A DNA stretch of 64,000 bases from Selenomonadaceae bacterium (GTDB lineage: Bacteria > Bacillota > Negativicutes > Selenomonadales > Selenomonadaceae), in assembly GCA_963678095.2 (NCBI GenBank), contig CAXXXP010000001.1, forward strand, positions 301,525 to 365,524. Direction: 5' to 3'. Shown one piece after another: positions 47,239-57,663 of the stretch; position 1 is the first letter of the stretch, and each line of letters begins with the position of its first letter. The notes beneath the pieces are model-generated. The model worked only from the letters and a program-made list of their open reading frames with translations. It searched no databases and had not been told where the DNA came from. The translations under genes were made by a program, and so were the position numbers.

Positions 47239-49035
47239 ATTATCGAGAGGAATCTGCGGCAGGTCAATAATGAATTCTGTTCCCTGCTGCAGTTGGCTGG
47301 TGACGCTGATTTTACCACCGAACATTTCAACAATGAATTTTGCCAGCGAAAGCCCGATGCCGGAGCCGCTGGTATTCGATGTTCGCGCCCGGGCCTTATC
47401 GGTCCGGTAGAATCGATCAAAGACAAACGGCAGGTCTGATGGGGCAATGCCAATGCCGTCGTCTTTCACCCGGATTTGAATATTTTGGTCATCAGCGCTG
47501 CAGCTGAGCTGTATATGCCCACCAGCAGGCGTGTATTTGATGGCATTCTCTGTAATATTTATGATAAGCTGTAGCAACAGATCGGCATTGGCGGCGGCAA
47601 TTGTCGGGTGTGGCGGCAGGATCAGTTCAACGTTCTGCGCTTTTGCCGTCGACTGTTGCTTTAGCTTGTCTTTGGCAATTGTCAGGATGTGGCGGCAATC
47701 AATGGGCTCGATCGTAAGCTGATCGCAGTATTCCTGGCTGTCAAGCTTTGCCAGCTGCAGCAAATCCTTAATCAGGCGTGCCATGCGCTGGGCTTCGTTA
47801 TAGATGATGGTGATGAATTTCTTGTTGAGGACTTCATCATCAAGCTCGCTGGCGAGCAGGGTTTCGGCGAATCCAGAGATTGAAGTCAAGGGCGTTGCCA
47901 GCTCATGGGCGGCATTGGCGACAAAGTCAGCCTGGCGGGTGGACAATTCCTGCAGCAGCGATATATCGTGGAATACGCTGAGTACCGACTGGGTGTTTCC
48001 CTCCTGTAGCGGGGCAAAAAAAACAGTAAAGGTTTTTTTCGCCCCGCTGAGGGTGATGGGAAAAACAATGGATTTGGCGTTGCCGGAAGCCAAGACGTCC
48101 TGCGCTGTTGTGCTGAGTAAAGTGCTGCCAATGGCATTGATGCTGTGTTTATGCAGCAGCTTTGGCGTCAGCTGAAAAAGGACCGTAGCCTGTTTGTTGG
48201 CAGTGATGATATTTCCCTGCGGATCAAGCAGCATGACGGCATTGTCCATGTTTTCGAGAATGAGTGACAATTTATGGTTTTCGGCATCGAGTTTAGCGAT
48301 TTTACCGGCAAGGTTTGCCGTGAGATTATTGATTGTTCCGGCGAGCACCTCGAGTTCATCCCCGGTGTGTACATGCAGGCGTTTTGTCAGATTGCCACCA
48401 GTTATTTTTTTGGCCGTGACTGTCATCTGCTGGATGGGGCGAATCTGTCGGCGGGCCAACAGCAGGCCTAGTAAAATTGCTGTCAGGCCCCCAATGAAAA
48501 GTGCGCTGAGAATTGCCTGGCGGGTATGATCGTAAGCGGTTTCAATCGGCGTCAGCGGCGAAGCCGTTCGCACGATGCCGAGGAGATTGCCATCTTGGTA
48601 AATCGGCAGGGCCACATAAAGCATGTTTTCCCGCAGGGTATCACTGTAGCGGATTGCACTGCCGCTGCCCTTGGTTAAGGCCTCTTGTACTTCGGGCCGC
48701 AACAGGTGGTTGTCAAGCTGGGCGGCAGGCTCTGAAGAATCCGCCAGTACCAGGCCCGATGGGGTAAGCAGTGTGATGCGCAGACTAGTAGCGTCACTGA
48801 TCTGCTGGATTTTTTCAGCTGGTATTTCGGTTGAGGCGGAGTTTTTCGGCGGGATTTCCATAGCCTTTTCGATGATTTTGGCGTTTATCAACAGCTCCTG
48901 CGTTTTGTTTTGCAAGGTTTCCCGGTGGAAAAACTGCAATAGGTAAATTCCCAGTACGGACAGGGAAATAAGCGTTAACAACAGCATTGTGCCAATCAGG
49001 CGCCGGCTGATTCTTGATTTAAACATGGCAACCAT
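47236..49035 (-). CDS. sensor histidine kinase (PhoR/WalK-like: 2 TM, HAMP, PAS, HisKA, HATPase), with no cognate regulator adjacent
   Basis: H-box AHELATPL, N box ENAIKYT, and G boxes DDGIGI/GSGIGLS. The start may instead be the ATG at 49026. Confidence 0.85.
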   Translation of the reverse strand: MVAMFKSRISRRLIGTMLLLTLISLSVLGIYLLQFFHRETLQNKTQELLINAKIIEKAMEIPPKNSASTEIPAEKIQQISDATSLRITLLTPSGLVLADSSEPAAQLDNHLLRPEVQEALTKGSGSAIRYSDTLRENMLYVALPIYQDGNLLGIVRTASPLTPIETAYDHTRQAILSALFIGGLTAILLGLLLARRQIRPIQQMTVTAKKITGGNLTKRLHVHTGDELEVLAGTINNLTANLAGKIAKLDAENHKLSLILENMDNAVMLLDPQGNIITANKQATVLFQLTPKLLHKHSINAIGSTLLSTTAQDVLASGNAKSIVFPITLSGAKKTFTVFFAPLQEGNTQSVLSVFHDISLLQELSTRQADFVANAAHELATPLTSISGFAETLLASELDDEVLNKKFITIIYNEAQRMARLIKDLLQLAKLDSQEYCDQLTIEPIDCRHILTIAKDKLKQQSTAKAQNVELILPPHPTIAAANADLLLQLIINITENAIKYTPAGGHIQLSCSADDQNIQIRVKDDGIGIAPSDLPFVFDRFYRTDKARARTSNTSGSGIGLSLAKFIVEMFGGKISVTSQLQQGTEFIIDLPQIPLDN

Positions 49036-49162
49036 CCTTTGAAAAAATTCTTCTTAGGAGTATTTTATCATAATATGGACCTGTGTGTTGAATTTTTGCT
49101 TTAATCCATAATGCGGCAGTTATTGCTAATTTTGCTATATTTAAAAAATTTAAAGGTTTTAT

Positions 49163-49191
49163 TTGACAATATGAAATAGTAATGTTATTAT
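49163..49191 (+). promoter_or_regulatory. sigma-A promoter in front of riboswitch c
   Basis: TTGACA, a 17-nt spacer, then TATTAT. Confidence 0.5.
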
Positions 49192-49225
49192 AAGCAAGTA
49201 AATTCGATACAATTTCATAGGGATG

Positions 49226-49425
49226 AAACAGGTGTCCGCAAGGACTTAATAGGGAAGATCGGTGTAATTGCCGACGCGGTCCCGCCACTGTATCAGCGAG
49301 CAAATTCAGATTTATGTCACTGGAGCGAAAGCTTTGGGAAGGCCTGAAGGCGCGATGACCTGGAGCCAGGAGAACTGCCTGTTTGACGATCACCGTTAGA
49401 CCCGCGAGCGATGGGAAGGGGATTT
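49226..49425 (+). promoter_or_regulatory. cobalamin riboswitch (copy c)
   Basis: GGTCCCGCCACTGTAT and GGAGCCAGGAGAACTGCC cores. It is collinear with copies a, b, d and e. Confidence 0.85.
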
Positions 49426-49444
49426 ATAGTTTAAGCGCTATAGG

Positions 49445-49469
49445 TCTCGGCATATGTCGAGATTTTTTT
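49445..49469 (+). terminator. terminator 1 after riboswitch c
   Basis: tctcggc-atat-gtcgaga followed by T7. Confidence 0.7.
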
Positions 49470-49492
49470 ATGGACGTTTGACTGTTTTGCCT

Positions 49493-49528
49493 GCTCTTTT
49501 CCGTCTAGGGAAAAGAGCTTTTTATTTT
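49493..49528 (+). terminator. terminator 2 after riboswitch c
   Basis: gctcttttcc-gtcta-gggaaaagagc followed by T5. Confidence 0.7.
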
Positions 49529-49633
49529 GTCGGAAAGTTTTCCTTGTATATCAGCTTGTACAAGGAGGAATTGCTCATACAGTTCTATACCTATTTATTT
49601 CTTTTTTGTGTGGCACTGACTGCACACAGTGCC

Positions 49634-49662
49634 GGGTTCCCTTAACCGGGAACCCTTTTTTA
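49634..49662 (+). terminator. terminator 3 in the inter-riboswitch spacer
   Basis: gggttccc-ttaacc-gggaaccc followed by T6. It is immediately preceded by the hairpin ggcactg/cagtgcc (49612-49633). Confidence 0.7.
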
Positions 49663-49707
49663 AAAAAACAGCTGTAAGTGTTGCTGTTTATATAAATTCA
49701 TATATGG

Positions 49708-49909
49708 AAACAGGTGTCCGCAAGGACTTAATAGGGAAGATTGGTGCAATGCCAACGCGGTCCCGCCACTGTATCAGGGAGTGAATTCAAGAAATGCCAC
49801 TGAGGGAGAGTATCTGCCTTGGGAAGGTTTGGAGGAACAATGATCTGGAGCCAGGAGAACTGCCTGCTTGACAATCACCGTCAGACCTGCGAGCGATAGG
49901 AAGGGGATT
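49708..49909 (+). promoter_or_regulatory. cobalamin riboswitch (copy d)
   Basis: Same conserved cores as the other copies. No convincing promoter of its own is visible upstream. Confidence 0.85.
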
Positions 49910-49997
49910 TAAGGGGATGTTTGCCCGCCGTCATGTTAGTGCGGCAAGCATTTTCGTATCAGTGTATTTTTCGGGGACAGATACCGAACTGATAATT

Positions 49998-50037
49998 AAA
50001 GCCATTTGCTTATAGGATTGAGCAAATGGCTTTTTTT
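49998..50037 (+). terminator. terminator after riboswitch d, 40 nt before mutA
   Basis: aaagccatttgct-tataggattg-agcaaatggcttt followed by T7. Confidence 0.75.
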
Positions 50038-50078
50038 ATATAACAATATTTTCAGCAAGAAGGAAAGGATTGTGGAGG

Positions 50079-52244
50079 ATGACAGAAAAGATAGACCAAG
50101 CCGAAAAAGCATTGCCTGATGTCGAGTTTGACGAATTTCCTATACCGTCCTATGAGACCTGGAAAGAAGAAGCGACAGCGCTGCTGAAAGGGGCAAGCTT
50201 TGAGAAAAAACTTCTGACCAAAACGTATGAAGGCATTACGCTGTCACCAATGTATACGCGGCAGATGGCTCCGTCACCGGAGGAACTCTCGCAGCTTCCC
50301 GGGGCAGAAAACTATATGCGTGGTACGCATGAAGGCGGGTATATGACCGATCCCTGGAAAATATCGCAGCAATGTGAAATCTGCGAACCGGAGCAACTCA
50401 ATAAACTGTTGCTACATGAGATTGAAAAAGGTTCCACAGAATTGAATATTTCCCTGGATCGTTTGACCAGAGAAGGAAAGGGACCGCAGGAGTTAACGGC
50501 AGAGGATATAATGGTTGGCGGAGCGTCTATTGCGACCTTGGCGGATATGCATACAATTTTGCAGGGGATTGCTCTTGAAAAGTACAGCTTGTATATGGAA
50601 AGCGGAGCTGCGGCGGGGGCAGTCGTGTCACTGGTCGCAGCTTCGTTACGGGCGGACGGACAGAATCCGGCGGTTGTGCGAGGCACAATCGGCGCTGATC
50701 CCTTGGGCGTGTTGGCTATGAAGGGCAGTGTGCCAGCCTTACTGCCAAAACTTTATGATGAAATGGCAGCAACATCCTGCTGGTGTGAAGTTCATATGCC
50801 AAAGCTGAGAAACATTTTAGTCAGTGGCCAGCCTTACAGCGATGGCGGCGCTTCTGCCGTTCAGGAACTGGGGTATATGCTGGCAACGGCTATTGTCTAT
50901 CTGCGCGAGATGCAGGAGCGTGGCCTGTCAATTGAACAGGCGGCCGGTCGCCTGCAATTCACTTTTTCTCTGGGGGCTAATTTCTTTATGGAAATTGCCA
51001 AGCTCAGAGCGGCACGGCTGCTCTGGTCACAGATCATTGAGAGCTTTGGCGGCAGTAAGGAAGCCAGCAAGATGGCAATTCATGCAAGAACGGCTACCTT
51101 TAATAAGACGAAATATGATCCCTATGTCAACATGCTGCGAACGACAACGGAAGCGTTTTCGGCTGTAATTGGCGGGATTGACAGCCTGCAGGTTTCTCCG
51201 TTTGATGAATGCTTGCAGATTCCGGACGAATTTTCCCGCCGCATTGCCCGCAATACGCAGATTATTTTACAAAGCGAATGCAATCTGTGCCAGCCGGTTG
51301 ATCCAGCCGGCGGGTCCTGGTATATTGAAACACTGACCCAGCAGGTTGCAGAAAAGTCCTGGCAGATTATGCAGGAGGTTGAGAAAAAAGGCGGCATGAC
51401 GGCAGCACTGGCCGCCGGAACGGTTCAGTCGGATGTGAAGGATGTATTGTTGCAGCGCTTTAAGAAGCTGGCCAGCCGTGCCGATCGTGCGGTCGGCGTA
51501 AATATGTACGCGAATATGCTGGAGCAGCCGCTAGAAATTCGTTCACTGGATACGGCGGGCATAAAAAAATCCAGGCTGCGGGCGGTTGAAGATTTTAAAG
51601 CCGATATTGATGAACAGGAGCGGGCAAAAAAATTGACGGAGCTTCAGAGATGGCAGGGAAGCTACGATTCTGAAAGAATTGCTGCGATGACGGCGGCCTT
51701 TACTGCCGGTGGTGATATTGGCGAAATTGCTGAAATCTTTTATCCGGAAGGGGCACAATATATTGCGGAGTGCGTAGTGGAAAAACATCGCTTTACCGAG
51801 CAGTTTGAAGGTTTGCGCAATAAAATGCAAGGCTATGAACAAAAACACGGCGAGAAATTAAAGATTTTTCTTTGCAATATGGGGCCGATTCCCCAGCATA
51901 AACCGCGGGCGGATTTCAGCACTGGCTTTTTAGAGGTTGGCGGCTTTGAAGTGTTGAAAAATGACGGGTTTTCTTTGCCCCAGGAGGCGGCAGCCGCAGC
52001 CGTGGAATCAAAGGCTCTGGCGGCGGTTATTTGCTCTACGGATGCGACGTATCCGGAATTGGTACCGGATATTGCCCGGCGGATTAAGGCACAAAACCCG
52101 GCAATGATTGTCATGCTGGCTGGGGCTCCGGCACCCGAATGTGAAGCTTCTTATCGCGAAGCTGGCGTAGCCGAATTTATACATGTCAGAGCAAACTGTC
52201 TGCAGATTTTAACCTGGCTGCAGACACAGGGGGAGATAGAATAA
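50079..52244 (+). CDS. mutA: methylmalonyl-CoA mutase small (beta) subunit
   Basis: Mutase barrel homology without the DxHxxG motif (degenerate [14 protein letters not shown]). The stop overlaps the mutB start (TAATG). Confidence 0.85.
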   Translation: MTEKIDQAEKALPDVEFDEFPIPSYETWKEEATALLKGASFEKKLLTKTYEGITLSPMYTRQMAPSPEELSQLPGAENYMRGTHEGGYMTDPWKISQQCEICEPEQLNKLLLHEIEKGSTELNISLDRLTREGKGPQELTAEDIMVGGASIATLADMHTILQGIALEKYSLYMESGAAAGAVVSLVAASLRADGQNPAVVRGTIGADPLGVLAMKGSVPALLPKLYDEMAATSCWCEVHMPKLRNILVSGQPYSDGGASAVQELGYMLATAIVYLREMQERGLSIEQAAGRLQFTFSLGANFFMEIAKLRAARLLWSQIIESFGGSKEASKMAIHARTATFNKTKYDPYVNMLRTTTEAFSAVIGGIDSLQVSPFDECLQIPDEFSRRIARNTQIILQSECNLCQPVDPAGGSWYIETLTQQVAEKSWQIMQEVEKKGGMTAALAAGTVQSDVKDVLLQRFKKLASRADRAVGVNMYANMLEQPLEIRSLDTAGIKKSRLRAVEDFKADIDEQERAKKLTELQRWQGSYDSERIAAMTAAFTAGGDIGEIAEIFYPEGAQYIAECVVEKHRFTEQFEGLRNKMQGYEQKHGEKLKIFLCNMGPIPQHKPRADFSTGFLEVGGFEVLKNDGFSLPQEAAAAAVESKALAAVICSTDATYPELVPDIARRIKAQNPAMIVMLAGAPAPECEASYREAGVAEFIHVRANCLQILTWLQTQGEIE

Positions 52245-54427
52245 TGGCAAATCCTGATTTTTCACAACTGCAGTATCAGGCGGGAATAAAACACGAGAGC
52301 TTTGCTGAGTGGAAGGATCGTCTGGAGGCGCAGTCCGGGCGCAGCTTTAAAGAGTTATATCAGCGGACCATGGAGCAGATAGATCTTAAGCCTCTTTATA
52401 CGGGGGCTGACCTGTCGGGGATGAAGCATCTTGACTACGTTGCCGGTATTCCACCATTTTTGCGCGGGCCGTATCCCAGCATGTATGTGACACGTCCGTG
52501 GACGGTCCGCCAGTATGCAGGCTTCTCGACAGCGGAAGAGTCCAATGCCTTTTACCGGCGAAATCTTGCGGCGGGGCAGAAGGGCTTATCGATTGCCTTT
52601 GATTTGGCCACGCATCGTGGCTATGATTCGGATCATCCGCGCGTTGTCGGTGATGTTGGTAAGGCCGGCGTGGCGGTCGATTCCATTCTCGATATGGAAA
52701 TTCTTTTTTCGGGAATTCCCCTTGATAAAATGTCGGTATCGATGACGATGAATGGTGCGGTACTGCCGGTGCTGGCGTTTTATATCGTGGCGGCTGAAGA
52801 GCAGGGCGTTGATAAAAAAATTCTTGCCGGGACCATACAAAATGATATCTTAAAGGAATTTATGGTGCGCAACACCTATATTTATCCGCCGCTTCCTTCA
52901 ATGCGAATCATCGGCGATATCTTTGCTTATACCTCAAAGTATATGCCGAAATTCAACAGCATAAGTATTTCCGGCTATCATATGCAGGAGGCTGGTGCGA
53001 CGGCTGATATTGAACTTGGCTATACCCTGGCGGATGGTCTGGAATACATTCGTACCGGGACAAACTCCGGACTCGGTGTCGATGACTTTGCCCCGCGCTT
53101 GTCCTTCTTTTGGGCTATGGGCAAGAATTATTTTATGGAGGTTGCCAAGATGCGGGCCGGACGTCTGCTGTGGGCGAAAATAATCAAACAGTTTAACCCG
53201 CAGAAGGATAAGTCAATGGCCCTGCGGACACATTCGCAGACCTCGGGCTGGAGCCTGACGGAGCAGGATCCGTTCAACAATGTTGTGCGTACCTGCATTG
53301 AAGCGATGGCCGCAGCCCTTGGACATACACAGTCGCTGCATACCAATGCGCTTGATGAAGCCATTGCGCTGCCAACGGATTTTTCTGCCCGTATTGCGCG
53401 CAATACCCAGCTTTACCTGCAGGATGAAACAAAAATCTGCAAGGTTACCGATCCTTGGGGCGGTTCCTACTATGTAGAAGCCTTGACGCAGGAGCTCGTA
53501 AAAAGTGCCTGGGCCCATATTCAGGAAGTTGAAGGGCTGGGCGGTATGGCAAAAGCCATTGAGACGGGTTTGCCGAAAATGCGCATTGAAGAGGCCTCTG
53601 CCCGCCGGCAGGCACATATTGACTCGAAGGAAGAGGTCATTGTCGGGATCAATAAGTATCGTCTGGAACATGAAGATCCGCTCGATATTTTGGCTGTCGA
53701 TAATGTCGCCGTGCGTGAGGCACAAATCCGGCGCCTTGAAAAGCTCCGGGCAAATCGCGATGCCGAGAAAGTGGAATCTTGCCTGGCAGCGATTACAAAA
53801 TCCATGGAAACAGGGGAAGGGAATTTGCTGGAATTGGCGGTTGATGCCGCTCGCGCTCGGGCCAGTCTGGGGGAAATTTCCTATGCGATTGAAAAGGTAT
53901 CCGGCCGGCATAAGGCCGTCATCCGATCTATATCGGGGGTTTATAGCAGTGAATTTGCGGATGATGATGAAATCAGCCGTGTTCGCAAGCTGGCGGATGA
54001 TTTTGAACAGCAGGAAGGCCGCCGACCTCGCATTATGATTGCCAAGATGGGGCAGGACGGGCATGACCGCGGGGCTAAGGTTATCGCCACCGCTTTTGCG
54101 GATATGGGGTTTGATGTCGATATTGGCCCGTTGTTTCAGACACCGGAGGAAACGGCGCAGGATGCCGTCGACAATGATGTGCATGTTGTGGGGATGAGCT
54201 CGCTGGCAGCCGGGCATAAGACGTTGCTGCCACAGCTTGTCGAGGAACTGAAAAAACGCGGGCGCCAGGATATCATGGTGGTGATTGGCGGGGTTATTCC
54301 GGCGCAGGACTATGAATACCTCTATGAACACGGTGCAGCAGCGATCTTTGGCCCAGGAACCGTTATTCCTGTGGCTGCCGGCAAGGTTATGGAAAAACTT
54401 AAGGAACGAATGGATTGGAATGACTGA
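52244..54427 (+). CDS. mutB: methylmalonyl-CoA mutase large (alpha) subunit, B12-dependent
   Basis: [13 protein letters not shown], the [10 protein letters not shown] substrate barrel, and a C-terminal B12-binding domain [11 protein letters not shown]. Confidence 0.95.
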   Translation: MANPDFSQLQYQAGIKHESFAEWKDRLEAQSGRSFKELYQRTMEQIDLKPLYTGADLSGMKHLDYVAGIPPFLRGPYPSMYVTRPWTVRQYAGFSTAEESNAFYRRNLAAGQKGLSIAFDLATHRGYDSDHPRVVGDVGKAGVAVDSILDMEILFSGIPLDKMSVSMTMNGAVLPVLAFYIVAAEEQGVDKKILAGTIQNDILKEFMVRNTYIYPPLPSMRIIGDIFAYTSKYMPKFNSISISGYHMQEAGATADIELGYTLADGLEYIRTGTNSGLGVDDFAPRLSFFWAMGKNYFMEVAKMRAGRLLWAKIIKQFNPQKDKSMALRTHSQTSGWSLTEQDPFNNVVRTCIEAMAAALGHTQSLHTNALDEAIALPTDFSARIARNTQLYLQDETKICKVTDPWGGSYYVEALTQELVKSAWAHIQEVEGLGGMAKAIETGLPKMRIEEASARRQAHIDSKEEVIVGINKYRLEHEDPLDILAVDNVAVREAQIRRLEKLRANRDAEKVESCLAAITKSMETGEGNLLELAVDAARARASLGEISYAIEKVSGRHKAVIRSISGVYSSEFADDDEISRVRKLADDFEQQEGRRPRIMIAKMGQDGHDRGAKVIATAFADMGFDVDIGPLFQTPEETAQDAVDNDVHVVGMSSLAAGHKTLLPQLVEELKKRGRQDIMVVIGGVIPAQDYEYLYEHGAAAIFGPGTVIPVAAGKVMEKLKERMDWND

Positions 54428-55559
54428 TACGTATCGGCCAGACTGGGCGCCCGGCAATGCAGGCTGTGAATTTGCCTGTGAAGTCATGAAAGGTGTGCCT
54501 GGTGGTCATGAGGGAATGGCTTCTTATGCCAAAACGGTTCGCAAAGCTGCACCGGCCGCAAGGCGTGACAAGCTGTTGGTGGAAGATTACGTTGCAGGGG
54601 TGCGCCGCGGCGACAGAATGATTCTGTCACGGGCGATAACGCTGATTGAGAGCAATTCCCCACAGCATGCTGCTATCGCCCAACAGGTGCTACAGCAGCT
54701 GCTGGGCGATACGGGGGAATCCATCCGCATTGGAATTACCGGAGTTCCGGGGGCTGGTAAGAGTACCTTTATTGAAGCCTTGGGCTGTAGACTATGCCAT
54801 AAAGGCCACAAAGTGGCTGTGCTGGCTGTAGACCCGAGCAGCAGTATCACCAAAGGGAGTATTCTCGGGGATAAGACGCGAATGGAGAATCTGGCCAGAG
54901 AAGAAAATGCCTTTATCCGGCCATCGCCATCGAGTGGTACTCTGGGCGGGGTGACACGCAAAAGCCGCGAAACGCTGCTTTTGTGTGAAGCCGCCGGGTA
55001 TGATGTGATTTTGGTGGAAACTGTCGGCGTCGGACAAAGTGAGATAACCGTCCGGTCCATGGTGGATTTCTTTTTACTGATCGCTTTGACCGGAGCCGGT
55101 GATGAACTACAGGGAATGAAAAAAGGCGTAATGGAAATTGCAGATGCGATTTTAATCAATAAGGCTGATGGGGACAATCGTCAGAAAGCAGAAATGGTAA
55201 GGGTCGATTATGAACGGATGATTCATTATCTGCGGCCGGCTACGGAGGGCTGGCTGACAAGGGCCTGTACTTGTTCTGCTTATAGCGGCTATGGAATTGA
55301 TGCTGTCTGGGAGATGATCGCTGAATTTTGTTCTAAAACAAAAGCCAGTGAGGTGTTTTTTCGGCGGCGGCAAAAGCAGACGCTGGACTGGGTATACGCG
55401 TTGGTCGAGGAACATCTGCGGGTCGTCTTTTATCAAAATGAGCAGGTGAAATCCTGCCGGCCGAAGCTTGAACAGGAAATTCTTGCCGGACGTATGCCGG
55501 CAACCTTGGCGGCGCAGCAGTTGATTGCTGCGTTTGAACAGCAAAAAATAGAATCGTAA
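54420..55559 (+). CDS. meaB: methylmalonyl-CoA mutase-associated GTPase MeaB (ArgK)
   Basis: P-loop [18 protein letters not shown], and NKAD. The ATG at 54420 overlaps the end of mutB. Confidence 0.9.
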   Translation: MTDTYRPDWAPGNAGCEFACEVMKGVPGGHEGMASYAKTVRKAAPAARRDKLLVEDYVAGVRRGDRMILSRAITLIESNSPQHAAIAQQVLQQLLGDTGESIRIGITGVPGAGKSTFIEALGCRLCHKGHKVAVLAVDPSSSITKGSILGDKTRMENLAREENAFIRPSPSSGTLGGVTRKSRETLLLCEAAGYDVILVETVGVGQSEITVRSMVDFFLLIALTGAGDELQGMKKGVMEIADAILINKADGDNRQKAEMVRVDYERMIHYLRPATEGWLTRACTCSAYSGYGIDAVWEMIAEFCSKTKASEVFFRRRQKQTLDWVYALVEEHLRVVFYQNEQVKSCRPKLEQEILAGRMPATLAAQQLIAAFEQQKIES

Positions 55560-55656
55560 TTTTTCTGCAGGGATATGGCCAGAAAGGGGGCTGTATCCCT
55601 GACAGACTGCTCTGACAGGGATGCGGAGCTGAGTAATCGATAGGAGCGAATACATA

Positions 55657-57597
55657 ATGAACAGCAGAGAAAAAATGAGAACGCAGCTGGTGGCCGCGGT
55701 CTGCTTGGGGCTTATTATCGGCCCTGGCAGTATGGCTGTTGCCCATGGCGAGGCGCTGCCGGAATTTACCGGGGAGGATTATGTGGTCACGGCCAGTCGG
55801 ATTCCAACCAGAATGTCAGAAACGCCGGCTAATGTTACTGTTATTACGGCGGATATGATTGCCCAGAATCATTATCAGGATTTGGCAGAAGCACTGCGGC
55901 GGGTCAATGGCATCGTGGTCACCGAAGCAGCAATGAGTCATCAGGATATTGTCCGAATAGATGGGGATGACCGGGTGGTGGTATTGCTTGATGGTCGGCG
56001 GATGAATATGGACAAAGGGGCAGCCTCAGGGCGCGCTGGTATTGATTTAAAAACGATTGCCAGCCTGCAAAACATTGAGCGCATTGAAGTTGTAAAAGGG
56101 GCAGGTTCAGCCCTCTACGGATCAGATGCTGTTGGCGGGGTAATTAATATCATTACCCGGCATGGCAAGAAAGTGAAAAATAGCTCTACCCTCGATATGA
56201 GCCTTGGCTCATGGAAGACAAAAACTGTTGATTATTCAAATCAGGGCAGCGAGGGCGACTGGAGCTGGTTTTTGACGGCAGGTTTTGAGAATCAGGGCAA
56301 TATGGATTTCAAGAACTGGAAAACAGACCGCAGTGACTCGATGCCAAACAGCGATTATAATAAAAAGAATACGACGCTGCGTCTGGATCGCAGCTTAACG
56401 GCTAATACTTCCCTGACCTTGAATTATGAGCATATGACAGATGACTCCGGACAATGGAATCAGGCGCCGGGCTATGCAAATTATCCGCATGACCGGATGG
56501 ATAAGTTGGTCAACAATATCGCATTAACCTACAATTATAAAGAGCACCAGCCGGCGCCGAGTTATCTGCGGTATTATGAAAATTATACGACGCAGGGCTT
56601 TCATGATATCGATGGCTGGTCCCCGGCCTTTTCTCGCTACAGCAATAAAGTCCGCGGGCTTGACTGGCAGGATAGCTGGCAAGTTGGTGCGCAGCACCTT
56701 GTGGGTGGTTTGGAGTGGCGGGAAACGGTAGTCGATAACGGCGCTGTCAATGGCGGTGATTACAGCGACAAGAAGGTCACCAATCAGGCAGTATTTTGGG
56801 AGGATGCAATTGAGCTGAGCGACCGCTGGACCCTTACTCCGGGTTTGCGTGCGGACCATCACAATATGTTTGGCTCGCAGCTTACACCTAAGGTGGCTGC
56901 CAGCTATAAAGCTGATGAAAATACAAATTTTTATGCGTCCTGGGGCAGGGTGTTCAACGCACCGAATACGGATGATCTCTTCTGGCACGATCCCTATGGC
57001 TATATGAATGGAAATCCTGATTTAAAACCGGAACGCGGCTACAAGATCAGCGCTGGAATGAATACAAAGCTGTCAAAAACAACAGGCTTACATATGAATG
57101 TATTTACGAGCAAAATATCTGATGCTATAAAATGGGCCGATAATGGAAGTGGAATATGGCAGGCTCTTAATTTAAATGAAGAGAAAAAACGCGGTTTTGA
57201 ATTTACCGTTGATAGTGTCCTTAACAATCGCTGGAGTGCAGATATTGGTTATTCGTATATTAAAACGGAAACCAACGACATGCAGCAAGGCTATGTATGG
57301 GATGAGAATAACAGCAGCCCTAATGGCTATCGCGCTGGTCTTCATTATAAGGATGCGCGCTGGAACAGCAATCTTTTCCTTAATGCCGGCACTGGCCGCA
57401 GCACAAGGTATTTCACCGACAGTTCTTATTGGACAATTGACTTTAATGCCAATTACAAAATGACAGAGGATCTCACGGCCTATATTAAGGTAAACAATCT
57501 GTTTGATAAAGCGTATGAAAATACCGGTAAAATAACGCCGGGAGCATATCCGATGGGCGGACGGTATCTGCAGGTTGGTGTAAGGTATTCGTTCTGA
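55657..57597 (+). CDS. TonB-dependent outer-membrane receptor (second, BtuB-like)
   Basis: Signal peptide, TonB box EDYVVTA, plug, barrel, and a C-terminal ..VRYSF. Confidence 0.88.
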   Translation: MNSREKMRTQLVAAVCLGLIIGPGSMAVAHGEALPEFTGEDYVVTASRIPTRMSETPANVTVITADMIAQNHYQDLAEALRRVNGIVVTEAAMSHQDIVRIDGDDRVVVLLDGRRMNMDKGAASGRAGIDLKTIASLQNIERIEVVKGAGSALYGSDAVGGVINIITRHGKKVKNSSTLDMSLGSWKTKTVDYSNQGSEGDWSWFLTAGFENQGNMDFKNWKTDRSDSMPNSDYNKKNTTLRLDRSLTANTSLTLNYEHMTDDSGQWNQAPGYANYPHDRMDKLVNNIALTYNYKEHQPAPSYLRYYENYTTQGFHDIDGWSPAFSRYSNKVRGLDWQDSWQVGAQHLVGGLEWRETVVDNGAVNGGDYSDKKVTNQAVFWEDAIELSDRWTLTPGLRADHHNMFGSQLTPKVAASYKADENTNFYASWGRVFNAPNTDDLFWHDPYGYMNGNPDLKPERGYKISAGMNTKLSKTTGLHMNVFTSKISDAIKWADNGSGIWQALNLNEEKKRGFEFTVDSVLNNRWSADIGYSYIKTETNDMQQGYVWDENNSSPNGYRAGLHYKDARWNSNLFLNAGTGRSTRYFTDSSYWTIDFNANYKMTEDLTAYIKVNNLFDKAYENTGKITPGAYPMGGRYLQVGVRYSF

Positions 57598-57663
57598 GCT
57601 CCTGCGAGTGAAGCCATTATTTAATCCGAGTGGGACTTCCCGCCGTCATCCCTTTGAAAATAA

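Noticed and set aside
49571-49645. A small hydrophobic ORF (TTG start; MLIQFYTYLFLFCVALTAHSAGFP) after an AAGGAGG-like sequence between riboswitches c and d. I considered a type I toxin or leader peptide.
   Set aside because: The GGAGG is only 2 nt from the TTG, which is too close for initiation. It is also part of the hairpin 49541-49566. There is no in-frame ATG, and the ORF end coincides with terminator hairpins. It is more likely RNA structure than coding.
53213-54487. A long antisense ORF (424 aa) opposite mutB. Similar long shadow ORFs lie at 4583..5533, 11958..12890, 41416..42240, 26368..27054, 20617..21312 and 46329..46919.
   Set aside because: Each lies entirely inside, and opposite to, a confidently identified conserved gene. 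The translations are low-complexity and Arg/Pro/Ser-rich with no recognisable motifs. These are typical shadow ORFs.
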